From Candidatus Bathyarchaeia archaeon (GTDB lineage: Archaea; Thermoproteota; Bathyarchaeia; TCS64): a stretch of 64,000 nt of DNA. Below the pieces are notes generated by a model. It saw only the letters and a program-made list of their open reading frames with translations, did no database searches and was not told the origin of the DNA. The position numbers and the translations under genes were made by a program. Shown in pieces: positions 10,455-21,210 of the stretch. Positions within the stretch are counted from its first letter, which is position 1; each line of letters starts with the position of its first letter. Location of the stretch: positions 25,587-89,586 of the forward strand of contig JBEKDF010000008.1 of assembly GCA_050014495.1 (NCBI GenBank). The letters run 5' to 3'.

Positions 10455-10461
10455 TTTAAAA
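10455..10461 (-). promoter_or_regulatory. Putative TATA box of the radA-like/polB2 operon
   Basis: TTTTAAA on the minus strand about 30 bp before ATG 10425. Confidence 0.5.
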
Positions 10462-10598
10462 CGAACTCACCTCGTGATGGGTGGGGGGTACTCGAAGGTA
10501 GACGATATGGAGCATATCCCTCAGATATGCGTGCGACATGCGCTGTTGGCCTGCGGCAAGGATAGTTAATCCAAGGTTGATTTTACCGTGTGCGCGCA

Positions 10599-10985
10599 CT
10601 ATGCACGTTTTGGCTGGATCATAGCGATTGGGTTTCCCTCTGGGTCTCTGATCGAAGCCGTATATCCGACTCCGGGGACTTCCTGTCTACCCATAATCAC
10701 CTCTCCTCCCAGCTTAACAACATCGATAAGGGCTTTGTCTATGTCTTCAACTGCTACATAGTTGACCGGGATGTTTGCATCACTTTGCTTCTTGTACATG
10801 CCACCGTTTACTCCGGGTCGAGTGAGCATTCCCTTGTCATTGGTTGGAACAGTTTCGATGGTCCAGTACTCCATGAAGTCACTTGGCGTCTTCACTATCT
10901 TCCATCCAAAGAGTTTCTCGTAGAAGGATTTGAGTTTGGTAACATTTTTCGCGGGTATTTCGAAGTGAACTATTGTTTGACTTAT
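10599..10985 (-). CDS. VOC/glyoxalase family protein, apparent ATA start
   Basis: Frame extends upstream of 10895 as (I)SQTIVHFEIPA...FYEKLFGW; GVNGGM, YVAVEDID, DPEGN. Confidence 0.85.
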   Translation of the reverse strand: MSQTIVHFEIPAKNVTKLKSFYEKLFGWKIVKTPSDFMEYWTIETVPTNDKGMLTRPGVNGGMYKKQSDANIPVNYVAVEDIDKALIDVVKLGGEVIMGRQEVPGVGYTASIRDPEGNPIAMIQPKRA

Positions 10986-11057
10986 TTCACACCATTTGAT
11001 TTCAACATACCTTTGAATTTAAACTATATAGACACATGCGCTTGCGGAGTTAGTTAG

Positions 11058-11972
11058 TCATAGCCATTCTTCGTTTTCATCGTTATCGGTATCCATGATC
11101 TCTAGGTAGTGCCTGACCTCAGTTAGGGCCCTCTCAGCTTCGCGTCTCTTTTTCCATCTACAGTTGAGGTGTTCAGGTTCTCCTACAAATAGCTCCAAGA
11201 ATTTCTTTCCCTCCTCAGCTGGGACTAGTCCGATCTCCATGAGGTATCCGAGGTAGTCCTCGAATCTCCAGTCGGGTGATGGTGTATCCTCAGACCCTAG
11301 CTCCTTGGAGTATGCTCCGGTTAGGTCCTCTATTAGTGATCTAATTGCTTCTCTAGTGAGAAGGTAGGACGTTAGGTATTCACCTGCTTGAAATCTACTC
11401 TGTGCGAGGTCGAGGAGTAGTTTGGGTGCGTCCAGGTTCTTTGGGGCTATGTGGATCTCTATTACCTCGCTAAATGCCTCTCTGAGGTCTTTATTGAAGT
11501 TTAAGCCTAGGATCTCAGCTGAGTCCAGTATCCTAAGCATCTGAGCGGCCATTTCTGGGTCTAGTTTTGTCGCGAAGCGTGCCGCTTCCTCCACCCTTGG
11601 CATGAATTCCTCGATTATGTTTCTCGTGTACTGGGTTTCATCTATGTGTAGTAGCACGGGTTCTATGATCTTGCTTAGCTGGCTTGCGTACGATGTAATC
11701 TTCCTTAGTCTTGTTTTAGTTCCTTCTTTGTAGGCGAGTGTTTTTCCTTGGGCTGCTTCGTTTCTATCAATTATCCTTTTTGAAGCTTCGAGGATTATTT
11801 TCCTCGCCCATTTCCGGGTTTCACCGTCGTTGCGTTGAATCATATCGTAGTTGTTTATGGTCTTTAAGAGTGTACTGAGGGTAAGATTTGTTCTGGCTGA
11901 TGTGCTCGCTTTTTCGAGTATAGCTTCCATTTTATTGATCCATTCGTTATCGATGCTGCGCTCTGAGGCCAT
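11058..11972 (-). CDS. Hypothetical all-helical protein, C-terminus HEPN-like
   Basis: 304-aa ORF; LDLAQSRFQAGEYLTSYLLTREAIRSLI helix pattern. Confidence 0.6.
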   Translation of the reverse strand: MASERSIDNEWINKMEAILEKASTSARTNLTLSTLLKTINNYDMIQRNDGETRKWARKIILEASKRIIDRNEAAQGKTLAYKEGTKTRLRKITSYASQLSKIIEPVLLHIDETQYTRNIIEEFMPRVEEAARFATKLDPEMAAQMLRILDSAEILGLNFNKDLREAFSEVIEIHIAPKNLDAPKLLLDLAQSRFQAGEYLTSYLLTREAIRSLIEDLTGAYSKELGSEDTPSPDWRFEDYLGYLMEIGLVPAEEGKKFLELFVGEPEHLNCRWKKRREAERALTEVRHYLEIMDTDNDENEEWL

Positions 11973-12418
11973 GGTGAACTATGGGGTGTTCAGATTAATC
12001 ATAGGTTATTTTCATGAAATGCGAAATATGAGGGTTGAATCTTGTACCAAGTGCATCTATTCAATCAGCAACGTCTTTGTTTTATGTTAAATGCCATTTA
12101 TTGGGTATGGTTGTTTTCACCTCTTTACGTATAGTAGTTGTTTTATACATCGTTTTGTGCGTCGTGAGGAAACTAGTAATCAATCCTTTTTTTGGATCTA
12201 ATTGATCTAAAATAAATCTTAAGACTTAACTGATATATGCAAACTAATGCATAATTATTAGATGAAATTGACGAATATATGTTCATGGTTGTCTTTGTTA
12301 ACCTATGAATATACATTTAATTGAACGAGAATTGGCTGATAAGGGCGGTTAAGAGGAATATCACATTCCCTTGAGTAGGGAAGGATAATAGGGTGGGCCA
12401 CATAGGTTCAAGCATCCC

Positions 12419-12844
12419 TTGAATCAGCGGGGAATAAAATTAGGTGGATTTCGATTTATGTTGTTGAAGGTTGAGGGTCTCAGGGACATCGAGCGAGAGA
12501 TGAATCTACTTGTCACGGGTGAGCATCTCTGGGTACGCGGAATAGGAAATTTCCTCATCTATGTCGGCAAGCTTGGTGAAGCGAGCTACAGAATGTGTTT
12601 CTGCTCGGTTGAGAGGATGACGATGCGCTTCTCGGTGAAGAGGTTTGGAGTGGACGGGAGGATGAGTAAGGCAGAGGCTTTCCGGCTCGTGGAGAAGCTT
12701 GGGGCTAGGCCATGCAGAGTCGTGAATAACAAACTCGTCGACGAACTGGTTACTATTAGTGAAACCAGCGGTGGAGAGCTTGGTTACCAGGATTTCGTGA
12801 ACTCTGTAAAAGGCATGGGTCTCCGAGTACAAGCAAACCCGTGA
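12419..12844 (+). CDS. Hypothetical protein
   Basis: 141-aa ORF after a long AT-rich divergent region; start uncertain. Confidence 0.55.
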   Translation: MNQRGIKLGGFRFMLLKVEGLRDIEREMNLLVTGEHLWVRGIGNFLIYVGKLGEASYRMCFCSVERMTMRFSVKRFGVDGRMSKAEAFRLVEKLGARPCRVVNNKLVDELVTISETSGGELGYQDFVNSVKGMGLRVQANP

Positions 12845-12988
12845 ACAAATGACTAGCTAATCAGTAGAGTAATTTTTCTGTACATCATCTGAATCTGGAA
12901 TGTGTTCGATACACGTTTCAGCCATACAAAAACAAAGCAGTCTGAGTAAGAGATATATTGATTATTTCAACACACTTAATCGAGGATT

Positions 12989-13318
12989 ATGAGCATCGTA
13001 AACGATTTGATCAGTACTCTGGGGGGAACGATCGGAGGAATACCTACTATAGTGGTACTTGCGGTTCCATTCGTCGTAGGTTTGGTAATTGGATTCCTGA
13101 TTAAGAAGCTGCTTAAGATCGGAATAATCTTAGGATTAGTCGCACTAGTCGCGGTGTACTTTGGTTTTTTAAATTTGGATACTATTTCAAAGACTCTGAG
13201 CGACCTAGTCAATAAGTATGGATCCGTTTTCATGTCTTACGTCGCGGTCTTTTTCGGGATAATACCACTAGGTTTGGGCCTGATTTTAGGGGTAGCCCTG
13301 GGATTCATCTTCGGATGA
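12989..13318 (+). CDS. FUN14-like small membrane protein
   Basis: PFVVGLVIGFLIKKLLKIGIILG, terminal GLILGVALGF. Confidence 0.7.
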   Translation: MSIVNDLISTLGGTIGGIPTIVVLAVPFVVGLVIGFLIKKLLKIGIILGLVALVAVYFGFLNLDTISKTLSDLVNKYGSVFMSYVAVFFGIIPLGLGLILGVALGFIFG

Positions 13319-13388
13319 ACTCGAAGGATCATTCCTAAAAATCGATTCCCCGTTCGCACTAATCATTGAATCCGCTTTTAGATTCTAC

Positions 13389-13841
13389 TCAATTCAGATA
13401 GCTCTTGCAGAGCTTTATCACGTCTATAAAGATCTGAGCCAACCATTCCTGCCCGTTGGGCTCCCCCGCAATGACATCGTGGAGCTTAGGCTTTGTCTCC
13501 TTAATCCTATCCATCCACCATGGCATGGATTTCCTAATCACGCCCTCAGGCGTATCGAGTTGGCTCTGGAATCTTGTAAGTAGGAAGCGCACACTTGAGT
13601 GACTGAAGACTCCATCGATCCTCTCCTTGTACTCTGGTTTATCGGCGTAGGCTCCTAGGGTATCGCCTCTCTTGATCATGTTTGAGACCTGCTGCTCGAG
13701 GGAGACATTCTCTTTCTTTGCAACGCCCTCGATCATGGGGAACACGACGGTGTTTAGGTAGAGTTTTGCTGATGTCTTTTTTACGTAGCCGAATATGCCG
13801 CCAGTTTCCGTGCTCTGTGTAGCATCTGACATCATTATCAA
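13389..13841 (-). CDS. Hypothetical protein
   Basis: 150-aa ORF with coding-like composition; TTTATAA upstream. Confidence 0.65.
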   Translation of the reverse strand: MIMMSDATQSTETGGIFGYVKKTSAKLYLNTVVFPMIEGVAKKENVSLEQQVSNMIKRGDTLGAYADKPEYKERIDGVFSHSSVRFLLTRFQSQLDTPEGVIRKSMPWWMDRIKETKPKLHDVIAGEPNGQEWLAQIFIDVIKLCKSYLN

Positions 13842-13967
13842 AAGACTCTTTGAGATGTCATGTTATAAACTTATTAAAAAATATTAAAAATGAAATGGGG
13901 CCTCTCACCGTTTATTTGTGGCTTAAGTACATTGATTTGATCAGTTTTTCAATAATTTTGGTTGAAA

Positions 13968-14046
13968 CGATATGATCATCTTTAATATATAGGACATTAA
14001 GATAATAATTTAATTGTCTCATATATTTGGAATTATCTTAATTACT
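13968..14046 (+). repeat. 79-bp imperfect direct repeat, copy 1
   Basis: Ungapped 61/79 match (hand count) to 15149-15227, identical core AATAATTTAATTGTCTCA. Confidence 0.85.
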
Positions 14047-14122
14047 CCCTGCTAGGTGCTTGTAAGTTTCTGTTAACAGACGACCTTTTACCTTTTGGCG
14101 AAGTAGTTAGATTAATGGATAA

Positions 14123-15136
14123 ATGAATAGCCGCGATCGGGTGATTAAGGCCGTGGAATATGGCAGCCCTGATCGTGTACCCAATGGTTGTTACGCGTTA
14201 CCAGCGAGCTACAATAAACACCACGGCAAGTTGGAGAAAATCTTCCACCGTTATCCTAGCGACTTCCATCAATTCGTGACCAGTTGGACAACAGTGGCAA
14301 GTGATAGTATACCCTATAGGGCAGGCATCAATACGGACCCATGGGGTGTGACCTGGAGAAACCTTAACCCCGGGATCTTTGGACATGTGGTCGAGCACCC
14401 GTTGGCGGATCTTGAAAGGCTTGAAGGCTATGAGCCACCGGATCCATCCCAGCTCGTGGACTTCGGGGAGGTCGAGAGAAGCATCCGTCTGAACAACCAT
14501 GATCACTATGTGCTTGGCGACTCAGAGAATTTCTTTGAGCGTCTCCACTTCCTGCATGGCTTCGAGGACACCTTAATCGACCTCGTGAGAGGCAAAAAGG
14601 AGCTTCTTAGACTCATCGACCTACTCTTCGACATCAAGATGAGGTTTATAGAACGGTGGCTCGAGTTGGACATCGACGGCATATATTTCCTGGACGACTG
14701 GGGGACAATGCAGGGGCTGATGATCAACCCGGTTCTGTGGCGTCGGGTATTCAAGCCACTATACAAGGAGATGTTTGACAAGGTACACAGATCTGGGAGG
14801 CACGTATTCTTACACAGCGACGGATACGTCCTGGACATCATCCCCGACCTCATAGAAATCGGTGTAGATGCCCTAAACATCCAAGTTAAGCTCATGGGCA
14901 TCGAATTGTTGGGGGAAAGGTTCGCGGGCAAACTCTGTATCCTCGCCGACATTGACCGGCAACATATCTTACCGTTTGGCTCAATGGGGGAAGTCGAAGA
15001 ACACGTGAGACACATTATTCAGGCACTAGGTTCCAGCAGCGGTGGACTCATATCCTGGGGAGAGGTAGGCCCAGACGTACCGCTGCTGAACGTGGATGCA
15101 ATGTTTAGCGCATTTGAGAGGTATGGAAAATATTAA
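14123..15136 (+). CDS. Uroporphyrinogen decarboxylase / MtaA-CmuA methyltransferase family protein
   Basis: MNSRDRV, PDRVP, DPWGV.W, DDWGT, HSDG, IDRQ..LP.G. Confidence 0.9.
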   Translation: MNSRDRVIKAVEYGSPDRVPNGCYALPASYNKHHGKLEKIFHRYPSDFHQFVTSWTTVASDSIPYRAGINTDPWGVTWRNLNPGIFGHVVEHPLADLERLEGYEPPDPSQLVDFGEVERSIRLNNHDHYVLGDSENFFERLHFLHGFEDTLIDLVRGKKELLRLIDLLFDIKMRFIERWLELDIDGIYFLDDWGTMQGLMINPVLWRRVFKPLYKEMFDKVHRSGRHVFLHSDGYVLDIIPDLIEIGVDALNIQVKLMGIELLGERFAGKLCILADIDRQHILPFGSMGEVEEHVRHIIQALGSSSGGLISWGEVGPDVPLLNVDAMFSAFERYGKY

Positions 15137-15148
15137 GGAAGGAGCGCG

Positions 15149-15227
15149 CGACGTGATCACCATTAACAGATCGGATATTCAGAAAATAATTTAATTGTCT
15201 CAAATATTCAGGATTATCGCCATAACT
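15149..15227 (+). repeat. 79-bp imperfect direct repeat, copy 2
   Basis: Matches 13968-14046; begins inside GCGCGCG at 15144-15150. Confidence 0.85.
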
Positions 15228-15280
15228 ATTTGAGCCTTCGAATTTAACTTCGAATAAAATATCATGAGTTCAGCGTATGA

Positions 15281-17329
15281 TCATTCGCTTCCCAGTGATT
15301 TTAGGGCATCCTTAACATCAGTCATCGGTAGGCTACAAACTCGATTTCTGCATATGTAGATGGCGGGCTTACCATTAATGCCCTGCATTGCTGCGGTATA
15401 GTCTAGGAGTGAATCGAGGCGAGGCGTTTTAAGCATGAGGAACTCGTGGGGGATATATGATCCTTGTAGAGTACCGATAATTTTAGACGTATCCGCCTGG
15501 TTTTGACCCCCTGCTATTACAACCTCATAGCTTGGCCCGATTTTGTAGTCGAGAGCGCATAAGAGAAATGTAAATGAAGTCGGGTTGGCTTCAACGAGGG
15601 GGGCAACTGCATTTAGAAGCTTCTCCGCTTTCTCCTCGAGACCCCCCTCGAGGATTCTACCGAGGCGTAAAAAATTCAGTGCCATCACTGAGTTACCCGA
15701 AGGTTTTGCTCCGTCGTGTGTATCCTTAACTCTCGGTAGTGAGCCCTCGGATGAGCGGCTCAAATAAAAGCCACCGAGATCGGGATCCCAGAATAGTTTG
15801 ACTGTATCTTCGGTTAGATGATTAGCCTCTTGCAAATATTTTACGTCGAAGGTTGCTTCGTATAGCTCTATGAGTCCCCATACGAGGTAGGCGTAGTCGT
15901 CAAGAAAGGCTGGGATCGCTGCTTCTTTTTGTCTATAGCGGTGGAGGAGTGTGTTATCATTCATCTTCGTTAGGATGAAGTTTGTGGCGTCCTCGGCTGC
16001 CTTCACGTAGTTCCTCTCACCAACTACTGCTCCAGCCTTCGAGAGTGCAGCTATCATTAAGCCATTCCAATCGGTCAAGATCTTATCGTCGAGGAAGGGT
16101 CGGACTCTTTTGCTTCTCGCTTCGAGTAATTTGCATCGAATCGACATTAACCTCTTTTTAAAAGAGTCTAAATCGAGTCCGAGTTCAGCTGAGAGAATTT
16201 CATCTGAGGATGTTCGGTGTAAAACGTTAGCACCAGGTCCTTCTTTGCTGTTGCCTGCCTCAGACACGCCATAGATGTGGGCAGCGATCGCTGCCTCTTC
16301 TTCACCCAATTCCTCTTTAAGCTCTCCTAAGGTCCATGTATAGAATTTTCCCTCTACTCCTTCGCTGTCTGCATCCTCGGCTGAGTAGAATGCCCCTTCG
16401 GGAGAGGTCAGGTACCTCATTGTATAATCTGCGATGTCTCGAGCCGTAATTGCGTAATTTGGGTCATGGGTGGCTTGGTATGCCTCGGTGTAGGCGAGTA
16501 GGAGTGTTGCCTGGTCGTAGAGCATCTTCTCGAAGTGTGGGATTAGCCACAGGTTATCTGTGGAGTAGCGGTGAAAGCCACCTCCGATTTGGTCGTGGAT
16601 TCCACCCCTCATCATCGCGTCGAGGGTGGCTTTGACCATGCCAAGTGAGTGAGGGTTATTTGTTCTTCGCCAGTATCTTAACAGGTATAATATGTTGTGA
16701 GGTGAGGGAAATTTCGGGGCGACCCCGAAGCCATAGTGCTGGTTGTCGTATTGTGAATCAAGTTGATTGTATGCGTCATCAAGTGTATTATTGTCTATGA
16801 TCGATTTTTCTGTGATTTGGGGTATCTGTGATAGAGCGTCTACTATTGATGTTGCGTCTGAGACTATCTTGAATCGATCGCTTGTCCAGAGTTGGCGGAC
16901 TCGAGGAATAAGGTCCATTAAGCCGAGCATGCCGTCGTGGCTCGTCTTTGGTAGGTAGGTTCCGGCCCAGAATGGCTCCTTCTCGGGGGTCATTATGATA
17001 GTTAGAGGCCAGCCTCCTCCGCCAGTTAGGATCTGACATGCGGTCATGTATGTAGCATCGAGGTCTGGCCGCTCCTCTCTGTCGACTTTAACGCATACGA
17101 AAGCGGTGTTGAGGGCGTGTGCCGCATCCTCGTCCTCGAAACTTTCTCGCTCCATTACATGGCACCAGTGACAGGTTGAGTAGCCTATGCTTAGGAAGAC
17201 TGGGATTTCGCGTTTCCGTGCCTCCATAAAGGCCTCTTCTCCCCATGGGTGCCAGTCAACAGGATTATGTGCGTGCTGCTGGAGGTATGGGCTCTTCTCA
17301 TGGATTAGGCGGTTGGGACTCTTGGCCAT
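15281..17329 (-). CDS. YyaL/SPATA20-family thioredoxin-domain protein
   Basis: [44 protein letters not shown]. Confidence 0.95.
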   Translation of the reverse strand: MAKSPNRLIHEKSPYLQQHAHNPVDWHPWGEEAFMEARKREIPVFLSIGYSTCHWCHVMERESFEDEDAAHALNTAFVCVKVDREERPDLDATYMTACQILTGGGGWPLTIIMTPEKEPFWAGTYLPKTSHDGMLGLMDLIPRVRQLWTSDRFKIVSDATSIVDALSQIPQITEKSIIDNNTLDDAYNQLDSQYDNQHYGFGVAPKFPSPHNILYLLRYWRRTNNPHSLGMVKATLDAMMRGGIHDQIGGGFHRYSTDNLWLIPHFEKMLYDQATLLLAYTEAYQATHDPNYAITARDIADYTMRYLTSPEGAFYSAEDADSEGVEGKFYTWTLGELKEELGEEEAAIAAHIYGVSEAGNSKEGPGANVLHRTSSDEILSAELGLDLDSFKKRLMSIRCKLLEARSKRVRPFLDDKILTDWNGLMIAALSKAGAVVGERNYVKAAEDATNFILTKMNDNTLLHRYRQKEAAIPAFLDDYAYLVWGLIELYEATFDVKYLQEANHLTEDTVKLFWDPDLGGFYLSRSSEGSLPRVKDTHDGAKPSGNSVMALNFLRLGRILEGGLEEKAEKLLNAVAPLVEANPTSFTFLLCALDYKIGPSYEVVIAGGQNQADTSKIIGTLQGSYIPHEFLMLKTPRLDSLLDYTAAMQGINGKPAIYICRNRVCSLPMTDVKDALKSLGSE

Positions 17330-17547
17330 TGCTTGAGTTTCCCCTGTTTGATTTTTGCTTCGCCGTTATTAGCTGATTTGCTAGGGAGTTAACAGTGAAT
17401 GCGGTATATCGTATTAATTATTAGCTACAGAGAAGTCAGGATGAAATTTTACGATCCTACTCGTTGATCTTGGTACTAGTTTTTAATGTGGTCTCCTAGT
17501 TGTACACGCGTAGTAAACCCAAAGGCTTTCTCAAACCTAGAGCTTAA

Positions 17548-18375
17548 TTGTATTATCATATGAACATAGTTAATCTCCCAGAAACGGTCACCGAATTAAC
17601 TCATCTCAGCGCATTCGAGCGCTTCGCAGATGGCCGACCGAGGGTACCAGACGATCTGATTGAGAGAATGAGGCTTGTTACGACCGAGGAGGCGTGGGGA
17701 GTGTTGCACGCGAAAGGATACGAGAATCAATTCGAGGGTAACTGGATCTGCACAAACCCCGATCGAATTCTCGTGGGCAGGGCGGTTACTGCATGGATGG
17801 TTCCCAGCAGACCCGACTTAAACGAGACAATTGAGAGAATCGGGAAAGCGGAGGGTAGGATAGGTGGCCAGAATTCGTGGGTCATAGATACTCTGCGTAA
17901 GGGTGATGTGATGGTCGTTGACTGCTTTGGTAAGATAAAGGAGGGGACCTTCATCGGAGACAATCTCGCAACCTCCCTTATTTCGAAGACGGGGGCAGGT
18001 GCCGTGATTGACGGGGGGATCCGCGACTATCAAGGGGTGTCAAAGCTTGAAGATGTCACAATTTTCTGCCGTGGATTGCACCCAACAGCCATCGCCGACA
18101 TGACGTTGGTAGGTGTCAACACACCGATCCGCATAGGGGGCGCTACCGTATTGCCGGGGGATGTCGTCCTCGGCACAGCAACAGGCGTGATCTTCATTCC
18201 CCCGCATATGGCGAAGGAGGTCGTTGAGAGATCCGAGGATATTCGCATGCATGATCAATTTGGCAAGCTGAGACTAAGTGAGGGACGATACACCTCGGGA
18301 GAGATTGACCGAGCCTGGACGTCGCAGATTGAGGAAGATTACAAAGATTGGTTGAGGAAACTCAGGGGGAATTAA
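17548..18375 (+). CDS. RraA/HMG-aldolase family protein
   Basis: GRAVT, IGDNLA, GAVIDGGIRD, IGGATVLPGDVVLG...GVIFIP. Confidence 0.88.
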   Translation: MYYHMNIVNLPETVTELTHLSAFERFADGRPRVPDDLIERMRLVTTEEAWGVLHAKGYENQFEGNWICTNPDRILVGRAVTAWMVPSRPDLNETIERIGKAEGRIGGQNSWVIDTLRKGDVMVVDCFGKIKEGTFIGDNLATSLISKTGAGAVIDGGIRDYQGVSKLEDVTIFCRGLHPTAIADMTLVGVNTPIRIGGATVLPGDVVLGTATGVIFIPPHMAKEVVERSEDIRMHDQFGKLRLSEGRYTSGEIDRAWTSQIEEDYKDWLRKLRGN

Positions 18376-18379
18376 GGGA

Positions 18380-19375
18380 ATGGTTAAGATGAGATTCTCC
18401 GAGATTTTTGGTGACTGCTACTCCACCAGAAGCCTGAGACTCTTGAAGCAGCTCGGATGCACCGATGTGATCGGTCATGGACCAGTTGATGGTGGCGAGG
18501 TTTGGGAGTATAAGGATCTAATTGAGTTGAAGAGCCGGGTCGAAGGTTTCGGTCTGAGGCTGGATGTGTTTGAGGATGGGCCGAAGATCGACAAGATCAT
18601 GTTGGGGCTTCCGGGTCGGGATGAGCAGCTTGAGAATTTCTGTAAGTCCCTAGAGAACCTGGGTAGAGCCGGAATCGGGACAATAAAGCCTCAGCATATG
18701 CCACCGGGTTGGGAAGAGGTCATGACGGTATCCAATTCACCGACTAGGGGAGGTGCAGAGTCGAGAGTCTTCGACTATAAGCTAGTTGAAAACTTGCCTC
18801 CTACAGAGTTTGGGATTGTGAGCGAGGAGCAGGCCTGGGACAACCTCAGTTATTTCTTGGAGGGTGTTTTGCCCACAGCTGAGGATGCGGGGGTCCGAGT
18901 TTCCCTCCACCCAGATGACCCTCCAATTTCGCCGATACGGGGCTTCGCAAGGATCCTACGGAGCGTTAAGGCCTTCGATCGTATGCTCGAAATTTACCCC
19001 AGTGAGAATATAGGGCTACTCTTCTGCCAGGGCTGCTTTGCTGAGATGGGTGTAGATGTACCGGCGACGATCCGCCACTTTGGAAGGAGGAAAAAAATCT
19101 TTTTCGCCCACTTCAGGGATGTCTTTGGGAGTGTGCCCAAGTTCCAGGAGAGCTTTCACGGGGAGGGTCCGACTGATATGTTCGAGGCAACGAAGGCTTA
19201 CTATGATGTTGGGTTTGAGGGTCCGATTAGGCCAGATCACGCCCCGAAGATGGAGGGAGATGAGCTATTCACTGATGGTAAGCCGGGCTACTACCTACTA
19301 GGTAAGATCTTCGCCCTAGGCTACATGAGAGGCCTCGCGGAGAGCATCGAAAAAACACACACAAACATTGCTTAA
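18380..19375 (+). CDS. uxuA: Mannonate dehydratase family
   Basis: HPDDPP, FCQG, HFRDV, RPDHAP, LGYMRGL. Confidence 0.9.
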   Translation: MVKMRFSEIFGDCYSTRSLRLLKQLGCTDVIGHGPVDGGEVWEYKDLIELKSRVEGFGLRLDVFEDGPKIDKIMLGLPGRDEQLENFCKSLENLGRAGIGTIKPQHMPPGWEEVMTVSNSPTRGGAESRVFDYKLVENLPPTEFGIVSEEQAWDNLSYFLEGVLPTAEDAGVRVSLHPDDPPISPIRGFARILRSVKAFDRMLEIYPSENIGLLFCQGCFAEMGVDVPATIRHFGRRKKIFFAHFRDVFGSVPKFQESFHGEGPTDMFEATKAYYDVGFEGPIRPDHAPKMEGDELFTDGKPGYYLLGKIFALGYMRGLAESIEKTHTNIA

Positions 19376-19480
19376 GATAATCTTTAAGAAAAATGGATAT
19401 GTTACAATTTTAAACCGCGCGAGAGCCAATCGCTAGACCTCAGATGGATATGGTGCACGATCAACTATTTTCTTATATAA

Positions 19481-19870
19481 GTGGACACTCCATCAGTGTC
19501 CGATATGGCTCAAGATCAACCTCTCCTCCTAGTGGAGAATAATGAAAAAGAGGCTAGCCTGTTGAAAACTGTGTTGGAAGGCGAGGGGTTCAGCGTCGAC
19601 ACCGCTTACAGTGGCTGGGCTGCTGTTGAGAAGATCAAGGATAAGAAATACGCTACAGCCATCGTGGATTTCGCGCTGCCCGATATGAAGGGAGATGAGT
19701 TAGCTGAGAGATTCAGGATGGAGGACCCTAAGATGGGTATAATTCTATTAACGGGTTTCAAGCCGATGATTGATCCTAGTAGATTGAGGGGTTTCGATTA
19801 CATATTTGAAAAACCTGTTAGCCCAAAGAATATTCTCGATGCCTTGAAACTAGCACGTATTCCTAAATGA
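19481..19870 (+). CDS. Stand-alone response regulator receiver
   Basis: LLLVEN, IVDFALPDMKG, LLTG, FEKP. Confidence 0.88.
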   Translation: MDTPSVSDMAQDQPLLLVENNEKEASLLKTVLEGEGFSVDTAYSGWAAVEKIKDKKYATAIVDFALPDMKGDELAERFRMEDPKMGIILLTGFKPMIDPSRLRGFDYIFEKPVSPKNILDALKLARIPK

Positions 19871-20088
19871 GACTCTCGCCTTAGAACCTAAATTCTAGAA
19901 TCTCCTTTGTAAGTGCTCTACGATTAGATTTCCTTTCAATCTATGCACATGCAATCTATGTGGTAGATTTGGATAGCTCGTGCGTTTCTACTTTGAGGTC
20001 TGAGGTGGCACAGTTCCTATAGCCATCATTCGCGCGCGCGTCTATACACACAAACAAAATAACAAAAAGGGCTAATGGGCTGTCGATA

Positions 20089-20754
20089 TTATACGAGTTT
20101 GTTTCCACACTCGCCGCAGAACTTTGTCCCAGCTGCATTTTGCGCCCCGCATCTGGGACACTTAAGCAGGCTTAGTGGTGCTCCGCAATTATTACAGAAT
20201 TTTCCTTCGCCCGCTGGCTTACCGCATTGTGGGCATATTGTTTGTCTTTTATTGATCTCGCCTGTAAAGACCTGGGTGGTATCGGCCTTACTCTTTATGT
20301 CTTCGACCATCTTCGCTGATCTGGCTGCGGCGACTTCGATGTTTTCGCGTGGGGCATCATCTGTGCAGAGGCCGACCTGCTCGTTCCAATCATTCTCACA
20401 CACATATTTGTGACATTTTGGGCATCTCTGGAAGTGTCCCTTTGCCTCATTCTGGGCTACACCAAAAGCTTCCTCATGCTCCTTATGCCACTCGGGTGTC
20501 ATTCCTTGGAACCTCTCACTGAGTATATCGGAGCTCTGATTCATCGTATTTCCGACACTGTAGTGACCGGTCAAGTCTGCACCTATCGATGCTACTTTCC
20601 CGACATTTCTCCAGAATCCAGCCTTTTTATACGTCTTGGATGCTATAAACTCCGTCTTATAGCCATCGTTGCAGATGTCACAGTGGAATGTGAATTGAAA
20701 ACCAGCATCTGTGCTGTTATCATCAAAATTCCTGGTGAACGGTTGAAGTGGCAT
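20089..20754 (-). CDS. Zinc-ribbon (double zinc ribbon) protein
   Basis: GFQFTFHCDIC, several CxxC pairs, KFCNNCG, KFCGECG; ATG 20754 preferred. Confidence 0.85.
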   Translation of the reverse strand: MPLQPFTRNFDDNSTDAGFQFTFHCDICNDGYKTEFIASKTYKKAGFWRNVGKVASIGADLTGHYSVGNTMNQSSDILSERFQGMTPEWHKEHEEAFGVAQNEAKGHFQRCPKCHKYVCENDWNEQVGLCTDDAPRENIEVAAARSAKMVEDIKSKADTTQVFTGEINKRQTICPQCGKPAGEGKFCNNCGAPLSLLKCPRCGAQNAAGTKFCGECGNKLV

Positions 20755-20759
20755 TTTTC

Positions 20760-21098
20760 TTACCTCAATGAGTTCAACGGCTTCCCGCACTTAATACATT
20801 TTTCACTAATCGGGGGCTGTTCGGTTCGGCATTTCTTATTCGGGCAAATTATGGTCAACCTTTCCCCACAGTTTTTACAATAATCCCCGAAGAATGTAGT
20901 TTTTTTGCAGTAGGGGCAGTTGACCTCGAGTAATTGACCGCAGCTACTGCAGCTCTTCTGCCCTTCTTCGATAGGGTTCTTACATTTTGGGCATCGCAGA
21001 GGTCCCACAGGATTAACTTTTCCACAGAATGGACACACGTTGTCATCGGCTGACACGAGCTTACCGCAGTACCGACACGGATGCTTGTATCCAGGCAA
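20760..21098 (-). CDS. Tandem zinc-ribbon protein
   Basis: Eight Cys pairs (seven CxxC, one CxxxxC) in 112 aa; AGGAGTGAGG SD. Confidence 0.85.
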   Translation of the reverse strand: MPGYKHPCRYCGKLVSADDNVCPFCGKVNPVGPLRCPKCKNPIEEGQKSCSSCGQLLEVNCPYCKKTTFFGDYCKNCGERLTIICPNKKCRTEQPPISEKCIKCGKPLNSLR

Positions 21099-21210
21099 CT
21101 AATCCTCACTCCTACCTTGTTGTTTTATTACACATTTAACGATTTGAACTTAAAGATTGGTAATTGTTCAATAGAATTTTGAAAACCCTCGAACGCGCGA
21201 TCATTTAATA

